This document shows, one piece after another, positions 1 through 9,398 of a stretch of 20,339 bases of DNA. Numbering within the stretch: position 1 is the stretch's first letter; each line of letters starts with the position of its first letter. Made by a program: the position numbers and the translations under genes. The DNA is taken from assembly GCA_035250975.1 (NCBI GenBank), contig DATFEP010000021.1:1-20339 (forward strand), given 5' to 3'. The notes beneath the pieces are model-generated. The model ran no database searches and had not been told where the DNA came from. It worked only from the letters and a program-made list of their open reading frames with translations. The stretch is from Nitrososphaeraceae archaeon. GTDB lineage: Archaea > Thermoproteota > Nitrososphaeria > Nitrososphaerales > Nitrososphaeraceae.

Positions 1-111
1 TGTGCTATTATTATTATTATTATTATTGTTATTATTGTTATTACCACTACCTGTACTGCCAGTACCGGAACCACCACTACTAACACTACTACCCGGCAAA
101 TTACTATTCAC
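1..111 (-). CDS. 5' end of a gene running off the window; N-terminus is Gly/Ser-rich followed by poly-Asn
   Basis: The minus frame is open from a GTG at 111 to the window edge and reads MNSNLPGSSVSSGGSGTGSTGSGNNNNNNNNNNNNST. It is divergent from the GT2 gene. The start codon is uncertain (a TTG at 99 is also possible). Confidence 0.6.
   Translation of the reverse strand, partial: MNSNLPGSSVSSGGSGTGSTGSGNNNNNNNNNNNNST
7..42. repeat. (ATT/GTT)12 trinucleotide microsatellite encoding 12 Asn on the minus strand
   Basis: Direct reading: att x7, gtt, att x2, gtt, att. Confidence 0.9.
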
Positions 112-268
112 GTCAAGTATTTTGAAACGACTACATATACATTTTTTTCTTTTTATAGTTAATTAAAAAAAACAGATATGAATTATTAACAGCTATTTTA
201 ATTGAAATCACTATTAAAAGAATAAATTGAGTGAAAATTTTATTATAGAGTAATTTACAGGATTTGTA

Positions 269-1684
269 TTGGAGATACTAAATTATACATTATATATTAT
301 GCTCTTAACATTTTGGTTTTCTACTATACCAGTAGCATTTTTAACCTTAATTAGATTTGTAAGAAATAGAAAAACTCTAATCGAAAAAGATCTTCGTAGA
401 ATATACAATGATCCTATAATAATATTTCAGATCACTACAAGATCCGCTACCAAGACAAAGGTCGTGGAAAGAGGGATAAACTCTATTATTAGAGCTTCTA
501 ATGAGATCAACTACAGTAATTATAAAATTTCAATAGTTACAGAAGATGAAAACGATAGAAAAAATGTGTGCAAATTTAAAAATTCTGAGATAATAGTTGT
601 AAAAAGAGAATATAAAACAAATGCCATAAAGAAATCCAGAGCACTGCAATATGCAGTAGAATATAGAAAAAATACTAGTGAGAATACTAAAAATTTTTGG
701 ATATTTCATATGGATGATGAGAGTTACGTTACAAACCAAACATTATTGTCATTATTAAAGTATATACGAGAAGGAAAAGGTGTTGCCTCTGAAGGTCCTA
801 TAGTATATCCCCTAAAATTTGAAAGTGCCAATCCCATAACTGCCCTTGCTGAATCTGTTAGACCATTTGGCTGTTATGATTGCGTTTCTCAAATGACAAA
901 TCCTCCTCCTCTTCATTTGCATGGAAGTAATTTACTCGTAAGGTCAGATATAGAAGACTCCGTAGGATGGAATTTTGGTGAAACTCTTGCAGAAGATCAA
1001 GTCTTTGGATACAAGATTTACGAAAGATATGGGGCAAATGCTCTGGGATGGCATGGAGGTATACTTTTAGAACAACCTCCGTTAAATATTAAAGACCACT
1101 TTATGCAGAGAAGGAGATGGATATTGGGAACCTTACAAAATATGAATAATTTTCCGTTTTGGCATAAATTCAAAATTGGATTCAAGTTAGCTAGTTATTT
1201 CATGGGCTTTGTATCAGGGATAGTCTCAACAATTCTATATATAATTACAGTTGTTCCCTTGTTTACAGCTTCAATACAAATATTGATCGACAAACTTGAA
1301 TATAATCCATTAACGTGGATACAATATATTATTTCTTCTTTTTTTCCAACGGTTTTTCCAGAAATTACTAATCAAATAAATTCTATTACTGGTAACAACA
1401 TTTATAATCCCGTTGATTTAGGATCTTTGTCATTATTATTATTATTTCCTTATATTATGTGGTTGTTATCATATCAAATAGGATTAACCTTAAATTTAAG
1501 GTACAACAAGTTTACTCTATTAAAGAAAATAACTTTCCACTCCTATGCATTGATTCTCTCACTCATATTAGGATTAATTGAAACATTTCCAGCATTTGTT
1601 GCCATATTAGAATATCAATTAAGAAAAAGAATTAAGTCTATGAAAGGAATCCCAGATTATGACTTCTATGTAGTTAACAAATGA
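269..1684 (+). CDS. Membrane-bound family 2 glycosyltransferase (egghead/BRE-3-like, Glyco_trans_2_3)
   Basis: N-terminal TM helix, HMDDES (DxD-type), HLHGS, AED, QRRRW (QxxRW) and several C-terminal TM helices. Confidence 0.88.
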   Translation: MEILNYTLYIMLLTFWFSTIPVAFLTLIRFVRNRKTLIEKDLRRIYNDPIIIFQITTRSATKTKVVERGINSIIRASNEINYSNYKISIVTEDENDRKNVCKFKNSEIIVVKREYKTNAIKKSRALQYAVEYRKNTSENTKNFWIFHMDDESYVTNQTLLSLLKYIREGKGVASEGPIVYPLKFESANPITALAESVRPFGCYDCVSQMTNPPPLHLHGSNLLVRSDIEDSVGWNFGETLAEDQVFGYKIYERYGANALGWHGGILLEQPPLNIKDHFMQRRRWILGTLQNMNNFPFWHKFKIGFKLASYFMGFVSGIVSTILYIITVVPLFTASIQILIDKLEYNPLTWIQYIISSFFPTVFPEITNQINSITGNNIYNPVDLGSLSLLLLFPYIMWLLSYQIGLTLNLRYNKFTLLKKITFHSYALILSLILGLIETFPAFVAILEYQLRKRIKSMKGIPDYDFYVVNK

Positions 1685-2278
1685 ATGGCAGACAAACAAT
1701 ATCAATCAATACAATTTTCAAAATGCAATATGATAGGAATTAATAAAAAATTAGTTCAATCAAAAAAACTTGTAATAACGTGCTTTTATCTTAGCGTAAT
1801 CGTAATGCTAATAATTTCGGGGTATGGTTTGTATATGAGTGCGGATAATTACAAAAAGAACCAAAAAATAATTATTGGAGATGTATTAGTCAATACTGAA
1901 TTTCCCTTTAAAGGTTCCATTAACTTGGTGACTTATTTAATGATATTCTCACTGGTATCATGGTTTACTGCAATAAAAATTTTTGAAGATAACATCATAA
2001 ATATACAGACACATATAAAAACAATATTACAAATTATAAGTTTAGTTTCTATAATTATTTGCGCTTACGAGTTATTTTATAATTTTACAGTTTGGAACTC
2101 GATAATAACTGATAATCTGATAAGCGGTTATTTTGAACCTAATAAGGAATTGATTAATTATCCTAAACCAGATACTCCATGGAATTTGTCATTTGCAACT
2201 CAAATGTTTTTAGCTGCTCTTATAATTACAAGTCATAGTTTTTACACCATGACGAAATCAAAAAATTCGGAATTATGA
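1685..2278 (+). CDS. Hypothetical membrane protein with about 4 TM helices, probably co-transcribed with the GT2 gene
   Basis: 197-aa ORF whose ATG directly follows the GT2 stop (TGA-ATG); four hydrophobic stretches. Confidence 0.75.
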   Translation: MADKQYQSIQFSKCNMIGINKKLVQSKKLVITCFYLSVIVMLIISGYGLYMSADNYKKNQKIIIGDVLVNTEFPFKGSINLVTYLMIFSLVSWFTAIKIFEDNIINIQTHIKTILQIISLVSIIICAYELFYNFTVWNSIITDNLISGYFEPNKELINYPKPDTPWNLSFATQMFLAALIITSHSFYTMTKSKNSEL

Positions 2279-2377
2279 ATATTAATGCAAAAATAAAGAT
2301 ATCAAATTAGAACTAAAGAAAATTCTTTATAAATTTACAATTACATTTATAACATTTAAGACCTAAGATAATTATAA

Positions 2378-2983
2378 ATGAATAGATCTATTGTTCTAAG
2401 AAATAAGAAAAAAGAAAAAGTGTTATTCATAAAATGCAAAATTTTCACCTTTTCGATTGCATTGTTAGTTGGAATGGCTTTGATTTTAGGTAATGTCTTT
2501 TCCTTGAATGAAGTAATAGCACAATCTACAAATACAGACAATAAAAATAATAAACCTCTAAAAAATTTTGAAAAAGAGGTTCCATCTCTAAAAGTGTCAT
2601 TTGAAGAAAAAGATCTTGATTTAGATCCGTACATACATAAAGAGAATGAAATTATTACACAAATAGGAATACCACAATTCTTTGAAACTCAAACCAACGA
2701 CAAACCAGAATTTACTGTAAAACAAGGTGACAAGTTAACTTTAGAATATGGAAAACAGCCCCTAGAAATGAAAGCTTTTATTATTGATTACGATTCAGAT
2801 GTAAATGAAATATATCCAGTCAAACAATTAGATTATTCGACCATAATGATTCCAGACGATGCACCACAAGGGTTAAAAAATCTGGAAATAAGATGTACAT
2901 ATGATAATAACGAACAAGTTTCATATACAACATCGATGTTTATTGGAACGACTGAAGATAATGATGATGAGAGAAAAAAGTAA
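2378..2983 (+). CDS. Secreted or membrane-anchored hypothetical protein
   Basis: Basic N-region, hydrophobic segment and VIA-Q signal-like site, followed by an acidic, beta-rich-looking domain. Confidence 0.75.
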   Translation: MNRSIVLRNKKKEKVLFIKCKIFTFSIALLVGMALILGNVFSLNEVIAQSTNTDNKNNKPLKNFEKEVPSLKVSFEEKDLDLDPYIHKENEIITQIGIPQFFETQTNDKPEFTVKQGDKLTLEYGKQPLEMKAFIIDYDSDVNEIYPVKQLDYSTIMIPDDAPQGLKNLEIRCTYDNNEQVSYTTSMFIGTTEDNDDERKK

Positions 2984-3507
2984 CAATCTTTCGACAGTAG
3001 AAAAACGAAATAAGTGTGAAATTTAAAAACATGTTGCGGTGATAAATATACCTAAAGGGTTGTTTTGATTTTTTACCAAATTTTGTAAAGGGGTACTACA
3101 ATGCAATATCCGGATGATGTTAATTCTGCCTACTCAGAATTATATTTAGGAACATATCGTTCCATACAAATATTCATCGCCTAAAAATCTACAATCACAA
3201 TGAAAATTTACCGTGCGATAAGAATGTCAAAAAAAATAGTTTTGGCGAACCTGAATATGACGAAATTTATTTATAAAATCAAGTAGATGCTTTAATAAAA
3301 TTCATCAGATAATAAACAGAAATCTCTTTTAAAGACACATACATAAAAAGAGTAGTAGCTTAAAAAATGAGAAATTTTAACTGACTGATAGTTCTATTTT
3401 TTAATTAATAAATATGTCAAACCCTCTAGAAATAATTTCATATAATCCGTATTAACATGATCAACTAAGAATATGGAATTTTCTATTCAAAAGAGTATAA
3501 AAAAAGA

Positions 3508-3732
3508 TCAAGAGGTGCGGTTAGCCCAAGCAATAACGGTGACTGTACTTAAAACTGAACCAATTATTCCTGCAATTAACGCACCGAGTAGTGACTCATC
3601 AAGAAATTGCGGTACCATCGTTTCAAACCAAGATGTAATATTCGGAAAAGAGATATAACTTCCGAATCCGATAGTGAATCCTACAAGCCAAAACAGGAAT
3701 ATCGCTAATTTCCTGGACATTTTAATCACCAT
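3508..3732 (-). CDS. Small two-TM membrane protein
   Basis: 74 aa with two clear hydrophobic helices containing GxxxG-like motifs; more plausible than the overlapping + strand ORF. Confidence 0.65.
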   Translation of the reverse strand: MVIKMSRKLAIFLFWLVGFTIGFGSYISFPNITSWFETMVPQFLDESLLGALIAGIIGSVLSTVTVIAWANRTS

Positions 3733-3951
3733 AGGATGAAATCAATTTTTTTTCTATATCAGAAAGAAAAACGTTATTTATCATTTTTAGGTTATTAATG
3801 AAGAGGATATTAAGATAGTTTGTTAACATTCATATAATCTAAGGTATAATAAATTTATACTAGTTCAGCTTCCCTAGATTAAATCATGACTGTCTAGCAT
3901 ATAATAAAAAAAATAAAGTAGCGTAAATTTAAGCATTAGAAAGTAATAATA

Positions 3952-3957
3952 TTTATA
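3952..3957 (+). promoter_or_regulatory. Archaeal TATA box for a probably leaderless transcript of the 3982 ORF
   Basis: TTTATA ends 24 nt upstream of the ATG at 3982. Confidence 0.45.
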
Positions 3958-3981
3958 GTAACAATAACTATTTGTTCTTGT

Positions 3982-4194
3982 ATGGAACGGATAAACGGAG
4001 AAACAATCACGGGAATAGCGCTTGTAATCTTGTCACTTCTTTTCATATTTGCGGGATCGGTGAACGAGGTTTGGGCGATAATACTTCCAGGCGACTATCT
4101 CATTTTAATACTAGGTTTAGCGTTTATAGCATTAGGAGTTGTAACAATCATAAGGAATAAAAATCTTCCAGAAGAAACTAGCATTCATCACTAA
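3982..4194 (+). CDS. Small two-TM membrane protein
   Basis: 70 aa with two hydrophobic helices and a TATA box at the expected distance. Confidence 0.7.
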   Translation: MERINGETITGIALVILSLLFIFAGSVNEVWAIILPGDYLILILGLAFIALGVVTIIRNKNLPEETSIHH

Positions 4195-4277
4195 TTTTCA
4201 GCAAAATAACAATTCCAATTTATTTAACCATTTTCAGAAGTTTTATTAATAGTAATAGTAAATTTCTTATTCATATT

Positions 4278-4982
4278 TTGAGTCTCTATTTTCTTTTAAT
4301 AATTCTGGCAACGTCTTCTATTGGAATAATAAATAACATTCTTGATTCTATTGCAAAGCTAATATATGAATTTGGGTATTTGGGAATTTTTATTGCAGCG
4401 CTAGTAGAAACCTTGTTTCCTATAATACCGAGTGAACTAATTTTTCCTCTAGCAGGTTACGTTGCACAAAGCCAGAATCTTGGAATAATTAGTGCAATTA
4501 TGTTCGGTTTGATTGGATCAATAGGCTCGACAGTTGGAGCTTTAATTATTTATACGGCAGCATGGAAAGTCGGGAGAAAAGTATTATTAAAAATAGGGAG
4601 ATACTTTTTGATTAATGAGAAAAAACTCGAAAAATCTGAAGTATGGTTCAAAAATCATGGCAAACTTGCAGTATTTTTAGGAAGACTTGCACCGGGAGTA
4701 AGAGAACTGATCTCAATTCCTGCTGGACTTTCCAGAATGAATATTATTGAATTCACTTTTTTTACATTCATAGGGTCTTTTGTTTGGAGCCTTTCTCTTA
4801 CTTTGGTAGGCTATTATCTTGGAGAAGCATGGAATAAATTTTCAAAAGAATCTTCACCCATATTTAATATTCTTGCAGTCATAATTATTTCCATACTATT
4901 TGGTATTATAGTTTATAGATACTTTAGAAAAAGAAAAAATAAAGGTGAGAAAATGGGTGACCCTACAGGTCATTCTACATAA
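4278..4982 (+). CDS. dedA: DedA/SNARE-associated family membrane protein
   Basis: ETLFPIIPSELIFPLAG and FLGRLAPGVRELISIPAG motifs, typical of DedA. Confidence 0.92.
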   Translation: MSLYFLLIILATSSIGIINNILDSIAKLIYEFGYLGIFIAALVETLFPIIPSELIFPLAGYVAQSQNLGIISAIMFGLIGSIGSTVGALIIYTAAWKVGRKVLLKIGRYFLINEKKLEKSEVWFKNHGKLAVFLGRLAPGVRELISIPAGLSRMNIIEFTFFTFIGSFVWSLSLTLVGYYLGEAWNKFSKESSPIFNILAVIIISILFGIIVYRYFRKRKNKGEKMGDPTGHST

Positions 4983-4999
4983 TAATTTTAAGAAATCTT

Positions 5000-6028
5000 T
5001 TAGATGTGACTGACAATTTTTTTTGCTTGTAATTCTCTGCGTAATTCTCTGTAATCTCTATACATCACGTCTACTTCCATTGCGGATTGTAAGAGTTTAC
5101 TTTTCATTTTTGGGGAAGAATTTAAGAACATTTTTGTATCTTTTGGCAAACAATGTCCACCTATTCCATCTCTTGGTTCCAGAATTTCGACGTTCCATTT
5201 AGTATTTAATGCATCTCGTAATTCAGAAAAATGAACACCAGTTGCTTGACAATATAAATATAATTCCTCAGCAAACGCTATCTGAAGATATCTATGAGAA
5301 TTTTCTATAATTTTTGTCAATTCGGCAATTTCTATAGAAGAAACAGGATGCATTTTTATGTGCAAGCCATCTTTTGAATATATCAAATTTTCTGCAGCAT
5401 TTTCCTCATATTTATTAGATTCTGAATCTAGCAGGTCTCGCCTTAATGAAAAATCCATCTCGTTATAGATCTCATATCGCGAAGAGAGGCACCTCTTTTC
5501 TTGAGATGGTAGATTATTGTCGACAGTTCCGGTGTAAAAATCTAAACCAGCTTTTAAACAGCAGGGATTAACTCCTCCGATTACGCGTAATTGATTTACA
5601 CCATATTTTTCTTCTTCAAGTGAGTACCACCTATGAGGAGCATGAACTACATGAAACCGATGCCCTAACAACTCGAATATTCTCCGAGAGGTACCTTTAG
5701 GAACAGTACTCTCAATTGAGACCAAGGCGCCAATCTTACCTTCTACGGATATTCTGCTGACTATTGAAAATAAGCTATCTATTTGTGGAGAATAAATATC
5801 GTTTGCTTTGTGAGTGGATATACATATGATATATATATCAAAATCTTTGAAACTTTCTGTTACCTTGATACCATGAATTTGTTCAGCCATAACCACTGCT
5901 TCTTTTTTTATATCATAGCCATACACATCAAAACCATTAGCTTTTACAAATTTAGCAACAGGTAAACCCAATTGACCTAATCCAATAACCAGAACCTTAT
6001 TTTCTCGGATAAGAGACATATCAGACAT
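5000..6028 (-). CDS. UDP-glucose/GDP-mannose (WecC/WbpA-type) dehydrogenase family protein lacking the C-terminal UDP-binding domain
   Basis: GLGQLG Rossmann motif, IESTVPKGT, AELTKIIEN and GGHCLPKD with the catalytic Cys; only 342 aa long. Confidence 0.85.
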   Translation of the reverse strand: MSDMSLIRENKVLVIGLGQLGLPVAKFVKANGFDVYGYDIKKEAVVMAEQIHGIKVTESFKDFDIYIICISTHKANDIYSPQIDSLFSIVSRISVEGKIGALVSIESTVPKGTSRRIFELLGHRFHVVHAPHRWYSLEEEKYGVNQLRVIGGVNPCCLKAGLDFYTGTVDNNLPSQEKRCLSSRYEIYNEMDFSLRRDLLDSESNKYEENAAENLIYSKDGLHIKMHPVSSIEIAELTKIIENSHRYLQIAFAEELYLYCQATGVHFSELRDALNTKWNVEILEPRDGIGGHCLPKDTKMFLNSSPKMKSKLLQSAMEVDVMYRDYRELRRELQAKKIVSHI

Positions 6029-6272
6029 TCGAAAGAAAATTCAATTTTTTTATTATATATATTGGCGAAAAGAGATACTATGAATTTGTATAATAATTTT
6101 AAATTATATTTTTAGGTAGACCTTTTTTTTATAAATTTTGACATATCAATTGCTAAGAATGCATCTGTTTTACAAATTCAGAGTGAAAAATTTATGGATA
6201 AATCTCATGTAAAGAAAATCAATTTTGTTATTTAATATAACAATTATAAAAGAAAATAAATTGATTAGAATC

Positions 6273-6294
6273 TATATCTATTGTATATCTATTG
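6273..6294. repeat. Perfect 11-bp tandem duplication (TATATCTATTG x2) overlapping the rhodanese TTG start
   Basis: 6273-6283 is identical to 6284-6294. Confidence 0.8.
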
Positions 6295-7092
6295 ACATTA
6301 TTAATTTCTACACAAAAATTAGATGAATTAATTCAAAAAAAGGATAAAAAGTTAAGGATAATCGATACTAGGTCTTTTGGTGAATATGTTTTGGGACATA
6401 TTCCAGGTTCTATAAACACAGAATTAATGCAATTTCATTGGAGTGATACAACAAAAAATGGCATTAAACAGTTCAATAAACAGAATACCAAGTTATTTTC
6501 TAATTTTGGGATAAAAAAGAATACTTTTCTTGTTTTTTATGAAAACATTTCTGGGCCTTCAGCTGGAAGAGGAGTCTGGCTTTCATTATATTTTTCACAT
6601 AAGAAAGTCGCTATGTTAGACGGAGGATTTGATAAATGGAGAGTTGAAAATAGAGTAATCGACACAGAAAGTGAGAAATTTCAACATAGACGATTTGAAG
6701 GTAAACCTAATTCGTCTATACTGGCGGATTTAAATTTTATGAAGAAAGTGATTAAAAAGAAGAAAGATTTTCAGATTATTGATGTACGTACTTCTGATGA
6801 ATTTTCAGGACAACAGGTTAGAGCATGCAGGAGAGGACATATACCTTTGTCTCGGAATATTGACTGGAATACAAATGTTAAGGATGGAAGATTTAAGTCG
6901 TTAAATGAACTAAAAAAAATATACTCAGAACTTCCAACTGACAAAGAAACAGTTACATATTGTCAGGGTGGATATAGAGCGGCAAATACATTTGTTATAT
7001 TAAGCGAACTTGGGTTTAAAAAGGCGAAATTATATCTTGGATCATGGAATGAATGGGGGAACGATATGAGTCTACCAATTGAAAATAATTGA
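6292..7092 (+). CDS. Two-domain rhodanese / thiosulfate sulfurtransferase
   Basis: GHIPGS, LDGG, GHIP, active-site loop YCQGGYRA and C-terminal YLGSWNEW. Confidence 0.93.
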   Translation: MTLLISTQKLDELIQKKDKKLRIIDTRSFGEYVLGHIPGSINTELMQFHWSDTTKNGIKQFNKQNTKLFSNFGIKKNTFLVFYENISGPSAGRGVWLSLYFSHKKVAMLDGGFDKWRVENRVIDTESEKFQHRRFEGKPNSSILADLNFMKKVIKKKKDFQIIDVRTSDEFSGQQVRACRRGHIPLSRNIDWNTNVKDGRFKSLNELKKIYSELPTDKETVTYCQGGYRAANTFVILSELGFKKAKLYLGSWNEWGNDMSLPIENN

Positions 7093-7247
7093 AGTCGTTT
7101 TTAGTAGAATTTATCAATTTTCTATAGCTTTTATTCTTGAACGGATTCTATACTTGATACAATAGATATATGATTATATATTACTATGAAAACTATAGAG
7201 AAATTGTTTATTTAGAGTTATAAGATATTATAGATAGAGATTATAGA

Positions 7248-8068
7248 TTGATCTGAGACGACAAGGAAGATTGAGACAACTAGTGACATTAACGAAATCA
7301 GGTTTTCTAGAAGCAATAGAAAATTAATCGTAAGAGACTTAAACGCAGCATTGTATAAAAAACAAACTTTAAAAAAAATGAATCTAGACGTGACGGAAAA
7401 AAAGTAACGGCATTTATTGGTCCATCCGGATGTTCTAAAACGACATTAATAAGGTGTCTTAATAGAATGCATGAAATGACGCCAGGTGCTTATGTAAATG
7501 GTGAAGTAAACCTAGAAAATATTAATATTTACGTCCCAAAAGTAAATCCGGTTATCATAAAAAGAAAAATAGGAATGGTATTTCAAAAACCCAATCCTTT
7601 TGCTACGATGAGTATTTTCGACAATGTGGCAGCAGGCTTGAAACTAAATGAGGTAAGAGATAAGAAGTTGATAGAACAGATAGTAAAAGAAAGTCTTGAA
7701 AATGCTGCATTATGGAAGGAGGTCAAAAATGAATTAAATAAACCTGGAATGAGTTTGTCAGGAGGTCAACAACAAAGACTTTGTATTGCACGAGCTCTAG
7801 CCATGCATCCTGAAGTATTACTAATGGACGAACCTACTTCTGCATTAGATCCCATAGCATCATCTAAGATAGAAGATTTGTTCATTATCTAAAAAAATAT
7901 TTGACCGTAATAATAGTTACACATAATATGCAACAGGCTGCAAGGATATCAGATTAAACTGGTTTTATGTACTTCGGAGAATTGATCGAATTTGGAGAAA
8001 CAAAAGAAATTTTCGAAAACCCTAGTAAAGAATTCACTGAAAGATATATCTCTGGAAAATTTGGATAG
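7248..8068 (+). pseudogene. pstB: Phosphate ABC transporter ATPase PstB pseudogene
   Basis: Reconstruction: ...KLIVRDLNA...LDVTEKK / frameshift in A7 at 7397-7403 / [24 protein letters not shown]...[15 protein letters not shown]...[11 protein letters not shown]...IEDLFI / frameshift near 7887 / [22 protein letters not shown](TAA 7955-7957)[13 protein letters not shown]...ERYISGKFG* (TAG 8066-8068). Walker A carries G->S. The 5' boundary is approximate. Confidence 0.93.
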
Positions 8069-8193
8069 TAATTCAAGGGTTATTTTTTGCAACAACAAAA
8101 CAGTAAAATTTGCTTTATTAATTCTACCAATTCCCTATACTAATTATTTTATATTTACAATAAAAATTCTATATAATAAAAATCTGAAAAAAA

Positions 8194-8861
8194 TTGACAA
8201 AGCTTCTAGATTTATACATTGAACGAATAAATAAGATATTAAAAGACATCATATGTCTTGCCAAAATATCTTTTATAAATGCCATTGATTCTTACAACAA
8301 CGATATTAGCTCAACGAAAAATAGTTACAGGTATTCAGAGAAATTAAGAATATTGTAACATGAGATTTCCGAAATAGAAATAGAGCTCATTACGCGATAT
8401 CAGTTAGTATCTACAGATTTGAGATTTACCAAATCATCGCTTGAAATTTCATACAATATATCAAGATTTGGACAATATTATTTTGATATTGTTGTTTTAA
8501 TACGAGAAAGCGGTTGTTCGGAGGATTGCGAGAAAGCTAGATTATTAGAAATCTCAAAATTGTCAGAGAGACGATCACAATTTGTTCCGATGTTATCCCT
8601 ACTAGCGATGTTGGAGCAGTTAAAGAAGTATACGAACTAGAAGATAATATTGACAGAGAATATAAAAAATATCTGAGAGAAATAATTCAGTCTACTGAAT
8701 TTTCCTTAAACAGGACCGTAACGAAAGAGAGCTTAAATTGTTATCTTACCAGTTTGCTTATTCTACAATACCTTGAAAGAATTTCCGATCATGTATGTAG
8801 TATTGGTGATTCTATTAATTTTATAAAATCTGGAAAATCTAGTTTAGGCTCTAACAAATAA
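8194..8861 (+). pseudogene. phoU: Phosphate uptake regulator PhoU pseudogene
   Basis: From TTG 8194: MTKLLD...EKLRIL*(TAA 8356-8358)HEI...RYQLVSTDLRF...EISYNISRFGQY... then a frameshift near 8560, then ...ELEDNIDREY...YLERISDHVCSIGD...* (TAA 8859-8861). The Q-x-V-x-x-DLR and LERIxDH motifs are PhoU signatures. Confidence 0.88.
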
Positions 8862-8933
8862 AATTATATAATTATGACATGACATTACTAAATCAAATGT
8901 TAAATATTTAGAATAATTTATTAAAAATAATAA

Positions 8934-9398
8934 ATGGAAAATATTAACAATAAGTTAGTGATAAGGGAATTAGAGGAAACTCACCTTGGAAAAGATTTCC
9001 TAGACACTCTTTCAAATTTGGGGGATGTTAGAAAATTAAAAAACGATCATAAACACATCTTAAAAATTTTTAAAAATATAAAAGAAAAATCAAATTCAAG
9101 AATTTTTGTAGCATTAATTGATAATAAAATAGTAGGAGTAATTACGACAATTATTGAATACAAGTTTATTCATAATGGTGGAAAAGTCTGCCACATTGAA
9201 GATGTTGTGACAAGAAAAGGATATGAAAAATTAGGTATTGGGTCCAGTCTTATAAGACAGGCTATAGATTTTTCCACCAAAGAAGATTGTTATAAGGTAG
9301 TACTAAATTGCTCCGACAAAAATATCCTATTTTATGAAAAAAATGGATTTCATAAACATGAGATCGAAATGAGATTCGACATCAACAAGAAAGGTTAA
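8934..9398 (+). CDS. GNAT acetyltransferase, glucosamine-6-phosphate N-acetyltransferase (GNA1-like)
   Basis: IEYKFIHNGGKVCHIEDVV, CYKVVLNC and FYEKNGF match the GNA1 family pattern. Confidence 0.85.
   Translation: MENINNKLVIRELEETHLGKDFLDTLSNLGDVRKLKNDHKHILKIFKNIKEKSNSRIFVALIDNKIVGVITTIIEYKFIHNGGKVCHIEDVVTRKGYEKLGIGSSLIRQAIDFSTKEDCYKVVLNCSDKNILFYEKNGFHKHEIEMRFDINKKG

Noticed and set aside
7397-7407. Programmed -1 frameshift in pstB: an in-phase A_AAA_AAG slippery heptamer followed by TAA would restore E-K-K-V-T
   Set aside because: The gene also has a second frameshift, an in-frame TAA and a damaged Walker A, so simple loss of one A from an A8 run in a pseudogene is more parsimonious.
7467-8222. 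ORFs 7467-7892 and 7992-8222 as independent genes
   Set aside because: The first is the middle fragment of the pstB pseudogene; the second is an off-frame shadow of its 3' end.
8419-8640. 73-aa ORF as a stand-alone gene
   Set aside because: It is an internal fragment of the phoU pseudogene with an out-of-frame tail.
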